In this document: positions 60,175 to 64,000 of the stretch, one piece after another
Layout of the letters: each line of letters starts with the position of its first letter
How positions within the stretch are numbered: position 1 is the stretch's first letter
Origin: Dicyema japonicum
Lineage: Eukaryota > Animalia > Dicyemida
NCBI GenBank assembly: GCA_011109175.1
Contig: RDEW01000071.1
Location: 71,632-135,631, forward strand
DNA length: 64,000 bases
Reading direction: 5' to 3'
Translations under genes and position numbers: made by a program
Notes under the pieces: model-generated
Database searches by the model: none
Seen by the model: the letters and a program-made list of their open reading frames with translations, nothing else
What the model was told of the DNA's origin: nothing

Positions 60175-63100
60175 TATTTATTTAAGCACTTCACAAGAGC
60201 CATACTAATTATAGCCCCGCATGTGCAGCAAAAGAAACAAGGTTAGATGTCATCCTTTTCCATGCTCCCCTGTTCCTAGCCAAGGCTCTCATGCTGTCCA
60301 GGTCGTCGGCATTTGTTAGATTTTTTTTATACTGACCAGGTCTTTTTGTAAGACTATTGGCAGTGTTGTTCTTGGTCTTCCCCGATAGCGGCCTTCTTTG
60401 CTAACATAGTATGTTTCCATAGATATGTTCGGTGGGGAAGTTAATTCCATCCTCAGCACGTGTCCGAAGAGCTTCCATCGGGATTCCAGTACTTCTAAGC
60501 TGATAGTCTAGCTGCACTCTTATATAAAGCATTCCTAGATATTCTCGTAGGCCAAGTAGTTCCTGTTATTTTTCTCAGCTGACCTCTGTGGAACGAGTCT
60601 AGTTTTTCCATATCCGCTGATGAGGTCGCCCAAGTTCCAGCGTTATATAAAAGTACGGGTTTTATGAATGAGTCGTATAGTAGGATTCTCATTTTTGTGT
60701 CGATGCCTTTTTGATTGAGCCATAAATTCTTCAGTTTATATAACGCAGCATTGGCTAGAGTTTTCCTACGTAAAATATCTTCGCTATCTCCCATAAGTGA
60801 ACCGAGTTTCTTTACTTGTCGCCACTTCTCTTCTAGGACGTTACTCATCCTTCTTATCTCTGTGAGTTCTGTTTTTTCTCTGTTCACAGTAAGAAACCAT
60901 TTCCCTAGTACATCTGGTGCTTTTTCTAATAGGTTTTCCAGGACCTCTTTGTCTTCAGAAATTAGGTCTACATCGTCCGCGTAGATTACTTCTTCCGTCT
61001 TTCCTTGGTATGACGGTCTAAGTTCCCTCATAGCGGCTTCCAAATAAATTGTGAATAGTAGAGGAGAAAGAGAGTCTCCTTGTGGAGTGCCCGTATTTGT
61101 TTCAAATTTTCTTGAATAGGTTTTTCCGACTCTCACAAGGAGCTCAGTGTTAGAAAGTAGAATTCGGATCATCCTTAGACTCGATTCATCAAGAAATCCG
61201 CCAGTACCCCCATTAATTTGTTCCTGTTAACCGTATCAAAAGCTCTTGATAGGTCAATTCCCAAAATATTGGTGGCGTTACGGTATCTTTGATATGTTGC
61301 ACACCTCCATCTGTGACTCCAGACCGCATCAGCTGTGGATCTCCCTTCTCGAAAACCACTTTGACTATCTGGTAGGTATTTGTAAGCAAGTCCTTTTATT
61401 CGTTCAAGCACAATGTTTGCCAAGACTTTGCGTAATGAATTTAGTAGTATGATGGGTCGCAAATTTTCGATCGGTCCTCTGTTTTTGTTGGTTTTTTTGT
61501 ATGGGGATTAGTAGTCCCGTACCCAGAGGTAGAGTTGAGTTAGTTGAAAACATTTCATTTAGTAGTGTAGCGATTTTTTCAAAAAGGAGGTCAGGGCCGT
61601 ATTTCAGTAGTTCTGGGTTTATCGCATCTGGTCCGGGGCTTCTGTTATTCTTGAGTTTTCGGCAGGCCGTTTTGATTTCCTCGGCCGTGATTGGTATCTT
61701 AAGGGGTCTTGGCCTTCCATCAAATGGGTGGATTTCTATGGTTTTGATGTTGAAAAGCTTCTCAAAGTGAGCCGCGATGGCTTCAGTTTGTTCTTTGGTG
61801 TTCAGTATCAGCTTACCGTTCTCGTCTTTTATGGTTAGTCGACTTCGGTTTGTTCGCCGCAGCAAACGGGCAGCGACGTACACCTGTGCGTTGTCTTTCA
61901 CTTTGTTTACTTCTTCTATACAGGAGGCTATTTCTTCTATGAAAAGCTTCTTGTTCAGACCCTTTATTTTTCTTCTGACACGTTGTCTTTCGCCTTGAAG
62001 GGCTTTTATCGCATTAGTGTCAGTGGCATTTGATTTTCTCATATTTATTTCTTTTAGACTTTTCGCAAGCTCAGGAACATCTGGATGAATAGCCTTCAGG
62101 TGCATTTTACTATTCTCCCTTTTGCCAAGACATGCTTCAGCAGCTTCGTTGATGGTGTCCTTTGTGCGTTTCCAGGCGTCTTCTAGCGTGGTATCCACCA
62201 ATACGTCCTGCAAATTAGTCTGAATGTATTGTTGATATCTCTCAGTAGTCTCCGGTTGAGAAATCAGCCTTTCAGTCGCGTAGTCGCCTCTGATTTTCTC
62301 AAATTCGTGATTTTTTGCATTCCTGTATTTAATGGCATGTTTTTTCAGGGTGAAGGTCGCAATAACCATCTTGTGGTCGCTGACAGTCGTCGAACCTTCA
62401 TATGAACGTGCGTTTACTAGAAGGTGTTTGTCTTTAGCCCGGCATATGACATAATCGATTTGGTTGTATATTGGGACCAGCTTTCCTTCTGAGTTCCTTC
62501 GCTTCCCCATCCACGTAGTTTTGTGGCAGGCAGGATGCGTAAATGCAGTATTGCATAGGAAAAGGTTGTTTGCCATACAAAAGTGACCAAGTATTGTCCC
62601 GGGTAAATTTCTTATTCCACGTCCATGTTCTCCCAAGAAAACATCATCCGGGTTATTCTTCATCCCGACTTTTGCATTCAAATCACCAGCAATGAGTATT
62701 AGTGATGACGACTCATATTCGTTGTACGTCCGTAACAGTGTTGAATAGAAGTCGTCTAGTTCTGTCGGATCTTTCGCTACTCTCCCGCAGTGTGGCGCAT
62801 AAACATTTACAATTGTCAGAAAGCTCTTCGAAGGAGGTAAGTCGTTTAGCCGGATTTGTATAACACAGATCCTGTCATTCACACTCCATATACGGTGGAC
62901 TGCACTTGTCAACTTTGAGTGGATGGCAAATCCAAGTCCATAATGTTTTGAGTCGCTCGGCTGACATATAATTCGATATTCGCCAAAGTTTTCATCAAGG
63001 CTACAAGTAACTTTCGTCTCTTGTAGACACCCAATAGAACGTCGTATCTCTCCAGGTCATCACAGAGAATCTTCCTCGACCAGGTCGTAGATAAGCCTCT

Positions 63101-63300
63101 AGCATTGAACGTAAGGACTTTTAGACGAGATGCATCCCTTTGTATCCATTGCCTTTTAGACATTTTCCTCAATTGCGATCCAATCAAGAAACGAGGCACG
63201 TCAATACAAAAAAAATAATTAACAATTTGTATATCGAGCGTTAAAAATCAATCGACTGGTTGGCCACCCTGCCCTACGAGCTAACAAATTACTTCCTTGT
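60175..63300 (-). mobile_element. Near full-length RTE-clade LINE (single APE+RT ORF from ATG 63163)
   Basis: TFNARG, GCLQET, NVYAP, GDLNAKVG, QIDYV, SDH (APE); GPDAI, LRPIILL, QSGFR, DLSRAFD, GTPQGDSLSP, YADD, KKLGS (RT); short 3' UTR GTGCTTAAATAAATAAT. Four single-base frameshifts and one TAG near 60510. Confidence 0.95.
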
Positions 63301-63329
63301 GTCTTATGTGTAAGAAGGTCTTTACAAAT

Positions 63330-63930
63330 GAAGAAATGAAGAATGTTAAATCACCTTAAGTTTTTTCATCCTGAAAAACTTGATGCAGATGTTAATTATT
63401 TTTCTAATCTGAAAAATAATTATGAAAATCGTCTACGATGAATCAAATTTTTACAAAAAAATCCAAGATGCTTAAAAAGCCTATTATCTATAATAAATGA
63501 AAATAAAACCTTAAAAATAGCTTAAGTCTATCAAGCTACTTCTGGCATAAATTTTCTACACTTTTTCGGCAAGCGTAAGTAGAAGGAAGATTATGTCCAA
63601 TACTCTCAAACGAATCTCGTAAACTTTTACTGGACAACTTATGCAAGGGAATATCGGATTCGGCAAAAGCCATAGTCACTTATCGACCCATATGTTGCAG
63701 ATGGACGAGAAAATCAATGGGTTTATAGTATACCTGTAAAATAGTAATAAAAATAATGAACCTGCTAATTTGATATGTTTCTTAGACGATCTGTGCGATT
63801 CAATAAAAAATTCTTTTTTGCAGTTACAAATGTCCACATAAATTCCAAAAAAGAATTCCTTTAAAATCATAAAATATTTTCTAACAACAGACTTAATCTT
63901 TTCAATGTCATTCTTGATTGAACGAGGCAT
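63330..63930 (-). mobile_element. hAT/CGGBP1-like transposase remnant
   Basis: MPRS..DIC.CKKEFFIESHRSSKKH (BED-like finger), a 28-nt GT-AG segment (63761-63734), then AFAESDIPLHKLSS..LPST..CR; frames broken. Confidence 0.5.
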
Positions 63931-64000
63931 CACAGTGATGATGATAATTGATCCCACGTTACTATTTTATTTAAAAACTCTAAAAATTAATAAATTAAAA

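Noticed and set aside
1-64000. CRISPR array, prokaryotic operons, rRNA or snRNA genes
   Set aside because: No regularly spaced direct repeats, no Shine-Dalgarno or operon structure, and no U1/U2/U6/5S/rRNA signature was recognised.
1-64000. Stop-codon reassignment (ciliate-like code)
   Set aside because: Apparent in-frame TAA/TAG in real genes all fall inside GT-AG micro-introns; the spliced genes read through in the standard code.

Overview
Eukaryotic (not prokaryotic) AT-rich DNA read in the standard code. Real genes are broken by very short GT-AG introns (21-28 nt in most cases), which explains why the ORF track misses them. Hand-spliced genes: GOSR1/Gos28 SNARE, CWC25 (apparently lacking its N-terminal Cir_N segment), a ZC3H4/6/8-type CCCH protein, a DRAM/TMEM150 membrane protein, a secreted tandem C-type-lectin-like protein, an orphan gene, a cathepsin L pseudogene and one tRNA-Met(CAT). 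The animal-like gene set plus ~25-nt introns suggests a reduced parasitic animal such as a dicyemid; this is inference and other tiny-intron eukaryotes are not excluded. Most of the rest is transposon debris: Jockey/I-like LINEs, RTE LINEs (one near full length), CRE-like and R4/Dong-like RLE retroelements, Gypsy/Ginger-like integrases, hAT-, MULE-, pogo- and Penelope-like remnants and two MITEs. The most unusual element is a ~230-310 bp non-coding SINE-like family with at least 5 copies. It has a 5' hairpin, a covarying pseudoknot core with the helix order of HDV-like ribozymes but without their conserved catalytic residues, and 3' tails taken from two different local LINE subfamilies. All family assignments come from motif recognition by eye; no searches were run.
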